A stretch of DNA of 44,752 nucleotides from a virus (lineage: Duplodnaviria; Caudoviricetes): IMG/VR virus record IMGVR_UViG_3300048575_000161, positions 1 to 44,752 of that record; one strand, given 5' to 3'. The notes under the pieces are model-generated. The model had not been told where the DNA came from. It was given only the letters and a program-made list of their open reading frames with translations, and made no database searches. Positions within the stretch are counted from its first letter, which is position 1, and every line of letters starts with the position of its first letter. Shown here in pieces: positions 35,826 through 44,752 of the stretch. The position numbers were made by a program, and so were the translations under genes.

Positions 35826-38800
35826 CAGCGGCCGCCCTCCCCGTCATGCGTGCGCTCAGTGACGCGCAGTTTGGTGAGCTGCACGCCTCCCAGTTGGCTG
35901 TTGATCCATGTGAGACGATAAGCGAGGGCGCGCGAGGCCAGCGGCGTGAGACGCAAGAGGCCCGTGCCTGCCTCCAAGCGCGTCAGCGGCCAGCCGGCGA
36001 GCGCGCCGCTCGTGCCCGGGCGCAGGGAGTCGGCCGCCGCCGTGCGTTGCTGCCACCAGACCCAGCCGGGACTGGTCACAGCGTCGCCCGTGACGCTAAA
36101 AAGCGGATCGCGCAGGCTTTCGGCCGCCCAGCCCCAAGCCGTCATCGGCCGCCGCGCGGTCACGTCGGGCCATTCGATCGAAGCGGGCAGCGCGCCAAGT
36201 ACCAGCATATCGCCGGCTTGCGGTGCCCGGGCGGGCCACTCGTCCAGAATCACATGATCAGCCGTGTGGCTGGTAATGCGCGCCAGCGCGAGTTCGCCCG
36301 TGGGGCCGATGATGGCGGCCATCAGGCCGGTCATCATCCCGGCGCCGGCGGCGTCCAGCGGTAGCCGTGCCGGTGTGACCGCCAGTGTGCGCGTGTTGCC
36401 GTCGGCGCCCGTGATCCGGCGCCAGAACTCAGTAGACGATGAACCCCAGGCGAGCAGCGCCGCTTCCAGCGCCAAACCCACATGCAGCGTTTCGTCCATG
36501 ATCCAAACCCCGCCGCCATTGATACCGGGGGGCGCGCAGCCGGTCGCGGCCTGCGCCGCCACGGGCCAGGCGCAGTCGCGCGCGGGAAACAGGGCGCCGC
36601 TTTCCAAATCGACCAGCACGCCATTACCGAAGTTGCCCGGCGCCGCCGAAGTCGAGCCCGGCAACCCCACGCAGTCGCGCCCGGGTGTAAAGGTGAACGG
36701 TTCGGAATCGGGCAATGGATCGGGCACGTCGCCCGCCGACTCGGTGCGCCCATTGGCCAGGCGCAGCGTGATTTCATTATTGCCGTCGAAAGCTGCCGCG
36801 ATACCCGCCGCGTCGTCGGCATTAAAGTAAAACTCGTCGATGGGGTAGAACGTCGCGCCCGCTTCAACCGCGGGGTCGGGCAATGTGAATTCAACGCGCG
36901 TCCACGTATTGGCGGCCAGCTCGGGCAGGCTGCCGATCAGGACATCATAGCCATAGGTTTCGGTGTAGTACTTTGCATGCAGACTGAAGAGGTCCGCCGG
37001 CAGCGCCGCCGCGCCGTCGGTCTCGTAATAGACCTGGAACACCAACGTGTCGCCCGGGCGCACCAGTTGCGACGCATTCTGGCCATCCTCCAACAGATCG
37101 GCATGATATTCGGGGTGACAGACGAAGCGCGCCACCGTGGCGGGGCCGATCAGGGCATCGTCTACGATCATTGCGCTTTTGAAACTCACGCGGTGGCAGC
37201 CCACGCCCCAGAATCCGCGCGGGAAATAGACGCCTTCATAGACATAGCCAACGCCGCCGCGGGTGCCATCGCTGGCAACATAATCAGCGCTGCCGGACTC
37301 GATGAAGGTTTCGGTGGCGCATTGCGCGCCGTCTTTGGTGCGTTCGCACGCGATTTCACTGCCGCTATACCCCATGCCGGGCTGCCAAACGAGCGCGGGA
37401 AGCTGGAACGCGCCCGCCAGCGCGTCGGCCTGCGAGGCAAATAGCCAGTCCCCCATGGCCCCCTGATCAAACGCCAGCATCGGCGAATAGTCATAATTGG
37501 GCGCATGCACCATGCCGCTGCCCAGCAGTGCCCACGGCGCGGGGAAGAGGCCCGAATCGGCCGCGATCAGGTAGTTGTTCCAGGGCACCGCGGATGATGA
37601 GGGCTGATAGAAATCGTAACCGCCCCCTTCGGCCTGGCTGCTCCAGCCCAGCCCGGCCAGGTTGGTGACGCTCGGCTCGATCAGGGTTACGTCGCCGGTT
37701 GCCGTCGGCCAACAGAGGAAGTAATAGCTTCGGCCCCACAGCCGCACTTCGGCCGCCCATGCCTGACGCAGTGCATGATTATCAGTCAGCAGTCCCCGGC
37801 CCGACAGCCAGCCGGCCAAGCGGGCGCCGGCGGGGTGTCGCTGCGCGGAACCCTGCGCGCCCTGCCATAGCTCGCCACGCGGCCCCAGCCAGATCGCGCT
37901 GCCATCGGACCGACTAACCCATGAACGTCGCGCCACGCAGCCGATACCGGGCAAATGCAGCGGCGAGCTATAAGCGGCGCCGCTGTCGCCGGGAAGGTCC
38001 GCCAGCGCGCCCAGGTTCTGCCGCATGATAAACGTGTTGTTTTCGCCGCAGATCCACAGGAATTCTCCGCATTTTCCGATGCTCACGATGCGGTCATCGG
38101 TCGGCATCAGCTCGAGGCGGTTGAGCGGGCTACTGGTTTCGGCGTCAACACCGCGCTCGCTGGTCGCGTTGCTCCACACAATGGCGCGCTCATCGGCCAG
38201 AATCGTCGCCCGGCTCGTGCCGCTGGTGCCCTGGTAAGGGGTGTCCCATTCCTCATTGGTGCCATCGTAGTCGGTGCCGATCCAGAGCGCATCGGCCACG
38301 CCGTCGCTATTGGTATCGAGCAAGGCATGGATGTGATAGACGGCCGTGTCGCCTTCGCGCAGCAACTCGCGCCCCACCATCCATTGCCCCAGCGTCGCCG
38401 GGCTCGTGCCGCCGGGGGTAATCACATGGCTGGCATTGGCAAATGTCCACGTGCTGATGAGGCCCGGGCGGGCGCCGGCGACCAGCAGCGACCCATCGGT
38501 GGCCAGCGCGCCGCCGTGCGTCATGGGCGTGTTGTAGAAGGGCGCCCGTGGATTGTCGCTCGCCAGCAGCAGATTACGCGTGATCTCATCGCCCAGCACG
38601 TAGGCCAGCGCGCCGCCGGTGGTGTCCAGGCTGCTGATCGGGATACCTGACCCGGGCGTGGCGCGGCACCAGGCGAGGCCGCCCGTGCGGGGGTCGGTGC
38701 CCCATTCGGCATTGGAGACATAGAGTTGCACCGCGTCCACGCCGTCGGGTGGCACATTCACGGCCCCCGCCGCGCCGCCGGTCACCGCGCCCGAGAGATC

Positions 38801-40225
38801 GAGCCGCACCGCGGCGCCCGCGCACACCATGGCCGGGCTGGCCGGGCTCTGCGCGCTTTCGCGTCCGGTGGAGCTATCGAGCCAGGCAAAGGCAAAGCGA
38901 TATTCGGGGCTGCCGCTGAGCAGTTCCGACGTGGTGGCGCCCGTGGCGCTGATCGTGTCGATGTAGAAATCCAGCCCGGCCGAGGGCATGAAGCGCGCCG
39001 ACAGCGTGCCGATCATGGTCAGGCCGATGCTGGCGACGTTAAACTCCCAGGCGCTCCAGGGCCAGTCGCAATAGGCCCAATAGGTCGAGCCCAGGCGCGA
39101 TGTGAATTTAAGTTCATGACGCGTACCACTGAGGCCCGTGCCACTGGCCAGCACGAGCGAAAACAGGCCACTGCCGATCTTTTCACGCGTGAGCCCACCC
39201 ACGCGCAGATTGAGCCGAATGCGTTTGGCGCCGGCGGGAATCGTCAGCGTGGTGTCGAGATAAGCCAGGTCGCCTTTTACGTCGCGTTGGGCATTGGGCA
39301 GATGCACGGCCACATAGGCCGATCCTTCGGCCGGGGCCGGGTCGGCCGTCTGGCGCGTGACGACCACGCCGGAGCGCGCGGAAACCCATTCCACAGGGTC
39401 GGCATCGGTGGAGCCAAGATCCAGCAGATCGTCGCCGTCGGCACTCGGGCGCGGCGCCCAGGGGGGCGTCGGCAAACCTGCATCGCGCACCGTGCCCCCA
39501 TGGGCCACCTTAAGCACGTCAAAGGCGGCGGAGATCGCCAGGCGGGCGCCCACGGCGGAGACGGCCGGATAATCGCTTGTGCCGCCCCGGGCCAGCCGCG
39601 CGACGACCTGCGGGCGCGCGCAACCCATTTGCAGCGTCCAGCCGTCGCCGTTCACAAGTCCGGACAAACTGGTCCAGCGGATTTGGATGCCGCTGCTGAG
39701 CGTCTGCCAGCTCGTACTGGCCGCCGCCAGCCCTGCCGTCCAGCTCGAGCCATTATCAAGGCTATAACGCCAGGCCGTGGCGCCGGTCATTTCCACGCGC
39801 CACACGCCTGTGATGCTGGCATTATTCATCAGCCCCTTGGCCTGCAACACGTCGGGGGAGGCATCAACGGGCATCGGTCGGCCGCAGAGCTGCGCCGCCG
39901 GGGCACCCGAACCATGCAAGGCCAGCGTAGCCGCGCGCGCCGTGCTGCCGGATCGGTCGATCAGTGCCAACGCATGCCCCGCCGGTTGGCGCACCATCGC
40001 CGGGCTGAAGGCCACGACATCATAAAAATCACCGCCGGCGCCGTGCAGCGTGACGATGGATAGGGGTTCGCTGGTGCGTTGCCAGCCGGGCCAGGCGCGC
40101 AAGGCGCCGGTAGCGTCCACCATGGCGCGGTCGCCGTCGGCCCACAGCTCGCCCGCCAGCGCGGCCATTTGCTCAGCCGCGGCGAGACCACCCATACCCA
40201 AAGAACGTTCGGCGCGCGGGCTCAT
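35825..40225 (-). CDS. Putative tail nozzle/stabilisation protein with inserted domains
   Basis: About 1466 aa from ATG 40225 (GGAGG RBS, ATGA overlap); YRFAFAW..TGRES..SP, IVWS..P, IGCVARRS motifs seen in podovirus tail proteins. Confidence 0.6.
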   Translation of the reverse strand: MSPRAERSLGMGGLAAAEQMAALAGELWADGDRAMVDATGALRAWPGWQRTSEPLSIVTLHGAGGDFYDVVAFSPAMVRQPAGHALALIDRSGSTARAATLALHGSGAPAAQLCGRPMPVDASPDVLQAKGLMNNASITGVWRVEMTGATAWRYSLDNGSSWTAGLAAASTSWQTLSSGIQIRWTSLSGLVNGDGWTLQMGCARPQVVARLARGGTSDYPAVSAVGARLAISAAFDVLKVAHGGTVRDAGLPTPPWAPRPSADGDDLLDLGSTDADPVEWVSARSGVVVTRQTADPAPAEGSAYVAVHLPNAQRDVKGDLAYLDTTLTIPAGAKRIRLNLRVGGLTREKIGSGLFSLVLASGTGLSGTRHELKFTSRLGSTYWAYCDWPWSAWEFNVASIGLTMIGTLSARFMPSAGLDFYIDTISATGATTSELLSGSPEYRFAFAWLDSSTGRESAQSPASPAMVCAGAAVRLDLSGAVTGGAAGAVNVPPDGVDAVQLYVSNAEWGTDPRTGGLAWCRATPGSGIPISSLDTTGGALAYVLGDEITRNLLLASDNPRAPFYNTPMTHGGALATDGSLLVAGARPGLISTWTFANASHVITPGGTSPATLGQWMVGRELLREGDTAVYHIHALLDTNSDGVADALWIGTDYDGTNEEWDTPYQGTSGTSRATILADERAIVWSNATSERGVDAETSSPLNRLELMPTDDRIVSIGKCGEFLWICGENNTFIMRQNLGALADLPGDSGAAYSSPLHLPGIGCVARRSWVSRSDGSAIWLGPRGELWQGAQGSAQRHPAGARLAGWLSGRGLLTDNHALRQAWAAEVRLWGRSYYFLCWPTATGDVTLIEPSVTNLAGLGWSSQAEGGGYDFYQPSSSAVPWNNYLIAADSGLFPAPWALLGSGMVHAPNYDYSPMLAFDQGAMGDWLFASQADALAGAFQLPALVWQPGMGYSGSEIACERTKDGAQCATETFIESGSADYVASDGTRGGVGYVYEGVYFPRGFWGVGCHRVSFKSAMIVDDALIGPATVARFVCHPEYHADLLEDGQNASQLVRPGDTLVFQVYYETDGAAALPADLFSLHAKYYTETYGYDVLIGSLPELAANTWTRVEFTLPDPAVEAGATFYPIDEFYFNADDAAGIAAAFDGNNEITLRLANGRTESAGDVPDPLPDSEPFTFTPGRDCVGLPGSTSAAPGNFGNGVLVDLESGALFPARDCAWPVAAQAATGCAPPGINGGGVWIMDETLHVGLALEAALLAWGSSSTEFWRRITGADGNTRTLAVTPARLPLDAAGAGMMTGLMAAIIGPTGELALARITSHTADHVILDEWPARAPQAGDMLVLGALPASIEWPDVTARRPMTAWGWAAESLRDPLFSVTGDAVTSPGWVWWQQRTAAADSLRPGTSGALAGWPLTRLEAGTGLLRLTPLASRALAYRLTWINSQLGGVQLTKLRVTERTHDGEGGR

Positions 40226-40539
40226 GGACGCCCTCCACGAACCAGTTTCGCGGCTGTCGAGTCGGCCATGATCTGCCCCAGCTCGAAGCCCCAGCCCGGC
40301 TTCAAGGCCTGTTCCCAAACGCGGATTTCGCCCACGATCTCGTAATAACGGCGGCGGCCGGCTTCATTTTCAATCGGCAGGTTGCATTGTTCGCGGCGCA
40401 GCTCCATCAGGCGCGCTTCAATCAGCGCCGTTCTCAGGCCGCCCGACCGGCCACGTACCGCATGATCAGGATCGGTCTCCTGCCAATGCTCATGCCAGGC
40501 CTGTTCGATTTCCGATTTGCTCCAGTCGATCAGCGTCAT
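40222..40539 (-). CDS. Hypothetical protein downstream of the portal
   Basis: 105 aa, coupled to both neighbours by ATGA overlaps. Confidence 0.65.
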   Translation of the reverse strand: MTLIDWSKSEIEQAWHEHWQETDPDHAVRGRSGGLRTALIEARLMELRREQCNLPIENEAGRRRYYEIVGEIRVWEQALKPGWGFELGQIMADSTAAKLVRGGRP

Positions 40540-42998
40540 GCCATGCCCCCCATCTGCGCATCGCCCGGCATGCTGGTGGCCTGAGCCTCCATCCCGCGCG
40601 CCTGATTCTCAGGGTCGGCCACGGGGCCGCCTCCCGGCGCCTGGCCCTGCATTTGCGCCTGGGCCATGGCTTGCATTTGGGCTTGCTGCAGCGCCTGCAT
40701 TTGCGCCTGCGCCAACTCCATCGTGCGCTGCATGTGCCATTCCAGGACCTTGATCCATCCGCCGATCAGCCGCGTGTCTTCGCCCTGCTCGGCCAACTGC
40801 TGTTCCAGCATCATCAGCATTTGGCGCTGGGCTTCGTGCGCCGGCAGGTGCACGCCCAGCATGTCTTCATCTTCGCGCGGTTCCGGCCGGTCGCCGGCGC
40901 GAATCGCTTCAAGCTCCCGCTCGGGGCTGGTCGGCAGCGTTTCGTCATCGAAATACGGAGCCGGGTTGAAGCCCACCGTGCGGATGGCCTGCTTTAGCAT
41001 TGGTACACGCTTGAGTTGGGGCAAATCGCGGTGTTGATCGGCAATGCTCATTAACAGATTGGTGGCCAATTCACGCCGCACTGCCGCCTGGCCCGCATGG
41101 CGCACAATGAATTGATCGGCCAGCCCTTGCGGGTTGAGACCATTTTCCCCGGCGGCGTCAGGCAGCAGCGTGTCGGCATCCAGGCCGGCCATACCGCACA
41201 CGCGCCGCGCCAGCGCCGCGAGGCGCGTTCGGTCGAGGAACCAATCCATGTCTTCGAGCGCCCAGCGCACGCTGGGCACGACCAAGGACTCAGCCGCCGC
41301 ACGCGAAATATCGGCCAATCGCCGTTCGCCGGCGGCAATCTGTTGCTGCACTTCGCCGTAGGTGCCGGTGGAAGTGATCGCCTGGGCGCCTTTGCTGGCC
41401 TGGCTTACCATCGTGCGCGTGGTGTACGTGTCCACCAGGCTGCTCAGCAGTTGCGGCAGGTGCTCGTCGTAGGGCTTGAGCTGAAATTCCGAGGCATCCT
41501 TTGCGCTGATCGCGCCGCCCCTGACCGTGTTGACGGAGCCGGGTTGAAAAAGAACTTTGCCCTTCTGGATGTCGTCGCCGAAGGCGCTGGCCAGCACATT
41601 CACCGGGGGATTGGCGTTGTTGTCCAAAATCTCGGCGATGTCATTTAACGTCTTGTCCGCGGCGTCCCCCACATCGCCCGCCACCTGATCGGCCGAAAGG
41701 CCGTAAAAGCGGTTGCCGTCGGGAATGTAGACGGCGCTCAAGAGTTCGGTGCGGGGATGAGCATAGCGGCAGGGGGTGATTTCAATCACCGTCGGCAGCC
41801 CGCCCGTGCTGCCGACCGGGCGCGCGACCGTGATATACCAGGTCAGCCGATCCGCCATGCGCGCGGCCGCTTCGTCTTCAACAGGGCCGTTCTCGCCCTC
41901 AAACTTGATACCCCACCAGGCCAGTCCTTCGAGCGAGATCACGCCCATGCGCAGCAAACTGCCCATTGGAAATTGCCCCTGCAGTTCATGCAGTTCATAA
42001 GGCGCGGTTGCTTCCACGACACCGGCCGCGCGCTTGTCGGGAGTGAGCAGGCCGGCCGCCGCTGCCGCTTCCGTCGCCTTGTAATCCGCCAATTTTGTCG
42101 CCTGTTCACGGCGCAGCCGTTCGAGGTTGGCAAATCGTCCGCGTTCGATTGGTACGGCGACGGCCGCCTGATTATCCCCATCGAGCGACCAGGTAGTGTC
42201 AAGCACGCGCTCCTGGCGTTCGATCTCGGCCAGGTTTTGACGGCTGACCCAAATGACGGTCAATTGATCCTCCGCGCGCCGCCGGTTGGGATGGCTCACG
42301 TAGACGTTGAGCAGCGGCCAGGGGGTAATCATCACGCCTTCGCGTGCGATCACTTCCTTGCGCGCCTGCCATTCGTCTTTCAGGGGCACCAGTTCGGTTT
42401 CAACACCCCAGCACTGGCGCAGCACGGTGGTGCCGTAACGCGGCAAATCACGCAGCGCCGCTTCCATGGCGCCGCTCCACTGCGCGCGATCAAGTTGATA
42501 ATCGATCAGCTTTTCAGTCATGTCGCCGAGGGCTGAATTCTCGGTCTTGGCTCCCGTCGGATCGAGGCTGTACGGCTTATCCCCGCGCCCCACCACGGCA
42601 TCGACTAATTGCGGCACCGCGCCAGTCACGGCATCGGTGAACAGCCCCATCGTGAGCCCCATCTTGAGATGTGCATTGGGCGCATTCTGATCAATCTCGC
42701 CCCCATCGGTCAGCCTGGGCATTTCCGCACAGCGGTATTTCTCCGTCTCACGCGCGTAACGGCCGTCAATGCCTATCGCGTTGCGCTCGGTCTGCATCGC
42801 CTGGGCCGCTTTTTGCACCAGCTCCGCCACCACGCTTTCAAACTGATCAAGCTCCGCTCCGCGCCGCTCGCGCAGCGCATCGGCGTACTCGCCGGCCGTG
42901 GCGCGCTCTGTTGCGGGTTCCGGGCTGGTTTCGGGCAGCTCGGGGTCCGGCTCGCCGGGAATGTGCTCTGGTTCGAAATCGCCAAGAATACGGGTCAT
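40536..42998 (-). CDS. Portal protein (podovirus type)
   Basis: 820 aa; EKLIDYQL..W...ALRD..YGT.V, FYGLS..V.D..D..LN...DN..NP; Gln-rich C-terminal coiled coil. Confidence 0.75.
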   Translation of the reverse strand: MTRILGDFEPEHIPGEPDPELPETSPEPATERATAGEYADALRERRGAELDQFESVVAELVQKAAQAMQTERNAIGIDGRYARETEKYRCAEMPRLTDGGEIDQNAPNAHLKMGLTMGLFTDAVTGAVPQLVDAVVGRGDKPYSLDPTGAKTENSALGDMTEKLIDYQLDRAQWSGAMEAALRDLPRYGTTVLRQCWGVETELVPLKDEWQARKEVIAREGVMITPWPLLNVYVSHPNRRRAEDQLTVIWVSRQNLAEIERQERVLDTTWSLDGDNQAAVAVPIERGRFANLERLRREQATKLADYKATEAAAAAGLLTPDKRAAGVVEATAPYELHELQGQFPMGSLLRMGVISLEGLAWWGIKFEGENGPVEDEAAARMADRLTWYITVARPVGSTGGLPTVIEITPCRYAHPRTELLSAVYIPDGNRFYGLSADQVAGDVGDAADKTLNDIAEILDNNANPPVNVLASAFGDDIQKGKVLFQPGSVNTVRGGAISAKDASEFQLKPYDEHLPQLLSSLVDTYTTRTMVSQASKGAQAITSTGTYGEVQQQIAAGERRLADISRAAAESLVVPSVRWALEDMDWFLDRTRLAALARRVCGMAGLDADTLLPDAAGENGLNPQGLADQFIVRHAGQAAVRRELATNLLMSIADQHRDLPQLKRVPMLKQAIRTVGFNPAPYFDDETLPTSPERELEAIRAGDRPEPREDEDMLGVHLPAHEAQRQMLMMLEQQLAEQGEDTRLIGGWIKVLEWHMQRTMELAQAQMQALQQAQMQAMAQAQMQGQAPGGGPVADPENQARGMEAQATSMPGDAQMGGMA

Positions 42999-43002
42999 GA
43001 GG

Positions 43003-43944
43003 TTAGCCTCTTAGCCTGCGCGCGAGCGCCGGGCGCCCACTGAATTGCACCGGGCGCGCCAGATCGGGCAGCGGGCCGCTATCAGCATCAATGCGCACGC
43101 GCGCCAGCTCAGCTTGCCAGTACACCATGCGCGCCTCTTCGGCTTTCGGGCCGTCATCCATGCCCGCCAGCTTCGCCAGCGCATATTCAACCGGCGCCGA
43201 GGCGATCAGGCCGGGCCGCGTTCGCTCCAGCGGCGACACCTGCGCGCTGATCCAACCCGCGCCGGCCGCGGTGAGCCCGCTCCAGGGAGCCGTAAGTTTT
43301 GCGCTATTGCTGGAATTCCAGGAATCAAGCGTGGCCCACACGCGCGGGATGGTGGCGCCGGACTCGATAATGCCGATCTCATCACCCGGCACGATCATGC
43401 CGCCGGCCAGTGGCGTCGCAAATTCCAGCGTGTCACTGCCATAAGTGGCGGATACCGTGATAGTGCTGGCCGTCTGCGTGCGGTCCAGCGTCCCGGGATC
43501 GGGGATGTAATGCACAATCAGCCCCGCTGCATGGGCGGATGGTGGCGGCGGCCAGATTTCCAGCATGCCGGGCTGATCACTGTAGGACCAATAACGCGGC
43601 ATGGTGCCGGTGGCGGTGAAATCCTCGGGGCGGCCGAACTGGTCGCGCAACCAGCCCGGCGGCCGGTTTTTAAGCGCCATCGCGGGGCCGGCGGGCGTGC
43701 GCCACATCACGCCCGGGTCCACGATCAGGTGGTCCAGCAGATCAGCCGGAGCGCTCACACGCACCGTCCCCGCCGTGGTGGCGATGGTGGCCACGGAGCG
43801 CGACAGCCAGGCCGCCCGCTGCAGGATGCGGTAGGCTTCCGCCAACCACTGCCTGAGCAGCCCGGCATCGAGATAAGCGGCGCCCAGGCTGGCATCGCCC
43901 TGGTGCCGTGCGGCGGTTTCACGCTCCAGTTGCCACAGGTTCAT
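43003..43944 (-). CDS. Putative head-tail adaptor protein
   Basis: LRQWLAEA, PADLL, GTMPRYW, LEIWPPP, HYIPDP pattern of phage adaptor proteins. Confidence 0.65.
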   Translation of the reverse strand: MNLWQLERETAARHQGDASLGAAYLDAGLLRQWLAEAYRILQRAAWLSRSVATIATTAGTVRVSAPADLLDHLIVDPGVMWRTPAGPAMALKNRPPGWLRDQFGRPEDFTATGTMPRYWSYSDQPGMLEIWPPPPSAHAAGLIVHYIPDPGTLDRTQTASTITVSATYGSDTLEFATPLAGGMIVPGDEIGIIESGATIPRVWATLDSWNSSNSAKLTAPWSGLTAAGAGWISAQVSPLERTRPGLIASAPVEYALAKLAGMDDGPKAEEARMVYWQAELARVRIDADSGPLPDLARPVQFSGRPALARRLRG

Positions 43945-44549
43945 TATGCACCCCGCTTGCCAGCGCGGGCGGCACGCTTCGCCTTGAATTCCTCATCCAT
44001 CTGCTGCATTTTGGCCTGGCGCTCGCGGTCGAATGCGCGCAGTTCTTCATACTCGGCCCATTCGATGATCAGGCCGTTGCGGTAGTAGGTGGTCTGCCGA
44101 ATCATCGCCGCCAGTTCTTCGGGTTTGACGGGATAGTCCGCGCGCTTCGTCTCCTGCGCTTGCATGCAATCCAGCATCCGCACACCGGGGTCGCCCAGAA
44201 CCGGCACGGCGTGCCAGGTGACACCCGGGACCAGCACGGTGGTGTTAAGCAGATCATCATGCCGCCGACCAGAGGGCCGCAGCGTCATCATTCGCGGCGC
44301 GCCTTTGAGCAGCGCAAACTTGAGCCCGGCGGGGGCATTGTTATCGGAAGAAGTGGTGTTGGGCGGGGTTGCGGACGCGCTGGGCGTGATGGGCGTGGAC
44401 TGCAATAGATCATTCAGGCGGGCTTCGGCCGCGCGCTGCACGGTCACACGCGAATCGTTTTCAATGATGGCGTTGATTTCATCCAGTTCTGTCATCGTCT
44501 GGAGTTTCTCAATCAGTTGCTCGGCGGTCAGAGGGGATTGGTCGGCCAT
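43944..44549 (-). CDS. Hypothetical protein
   Basis: Start at ATG 44549 (MADQSPL) with GGAG RBS; the track start 44654 runs through a terminator and is unlikely. Confidence 0.7.
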   Translation of the reverse strand: MADQSPLTAEQLIEKLQTMTELDEINAIIENDSRVTVQRAAEARLNDLLQSTPITPSASATPPNTTSSDNNAPAGLKFALLKGAPRMMTLRPSGRRHDDLLNTTVLVPGVTWHAVPVLGDPGVRMLDCMQAQETKRADYPVKPEELAAMIRQTTYYRNGLIIEWAEYEELRAFDRERQAKMQQMDEEFKAKRAARAGKRGA

Positions 44550-44596
44550 TGGTTTTTTGCTCCGTAAATTCAAAGTGGATCGCGTGAATCGCTCAG

Positions 44597-44630
44597 AAAA
44601 AAGCGGGCGCCGGATTTGAACGGCGCCCGC
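44597..44630 (-). terminator. Intrinsic terminator after the scaffold-capsid-318aa transcript
   Basis: Minus strand GCGGGCGCCG-TTCAAATC-CGGCGCCCGC-TTTTTT, 11 nt after the stop of the 318-aa gene across the circular junction. Confidence 0.85.
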
Positions 44631-44752
44631 CGGGATGGGTGTTATTCTTCCCAAATCAGGCCATGCACTTGCAGCGTGGCCGCGGTGACATCAGGCGTGG
44701 TGTTGTCCATGTAGCGCACCAGCAACCGTTGGCCGCGTTTGCACATGATCGG
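44626..44752. repeat. Terminal overlap, right copy (identical to 1-127)
   Basis: Exact 127-nt match to the window start. Confidence 0.95.

Noticed and set aside
44550-44654. N-terminal extension of the 236-aa ORF
   Set aside because: It crosses a terminator and the upstream gene's stop; the ATG at 44549 has a proper RBS.
44626-44752. 127-bp terminal repeat as a biological direct terminal repeat
   Set aside because: The length equals a standard assembler k-mer and it overlaps a gene end and terminator; best explained as circular assembly overlap.

Overview
The window is a circularly assembled, apparently complete temperate tailed-phage genome of about 44,625 bp. The last 127 nt repeat the first 127 nt. 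It is GC-rich and podovirus-like, with no tail tube, sheath or tape measure recognised. Almost all genes are on the minus strand. One arm runs from cro through small early genes, a non-coding block of structured elements, an Acb2/Tad1-like protein, two DNA methyltransferases and a replication initiator to TerS/TerL. The other arm runs from scaffold and SU10/DUF5309-type capsid through adaptor, portal, tail, fibre and lysis genes to three probable ejection proteins, the last a 2612-aa polyvalent protein. A lower-GC plus-strand island holds the repressor, a putative attP made of the 5' half of tRNA-Leu(UAA), a tyrosine integrase and a 204-aa exported membrane protein. The strongest observation is that this 204-aa protein carries an 81%-identical, synonymously recoded copy of the N-terminus of the phage's own giant ejection protein, suggesting decoy-type superinfection exclusion. 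A second self-copy links the replication initiator to the gene right after cro. All family assignments come from motif recognition by eye, not database searches, and the host cannot be determined from the sequence alone.
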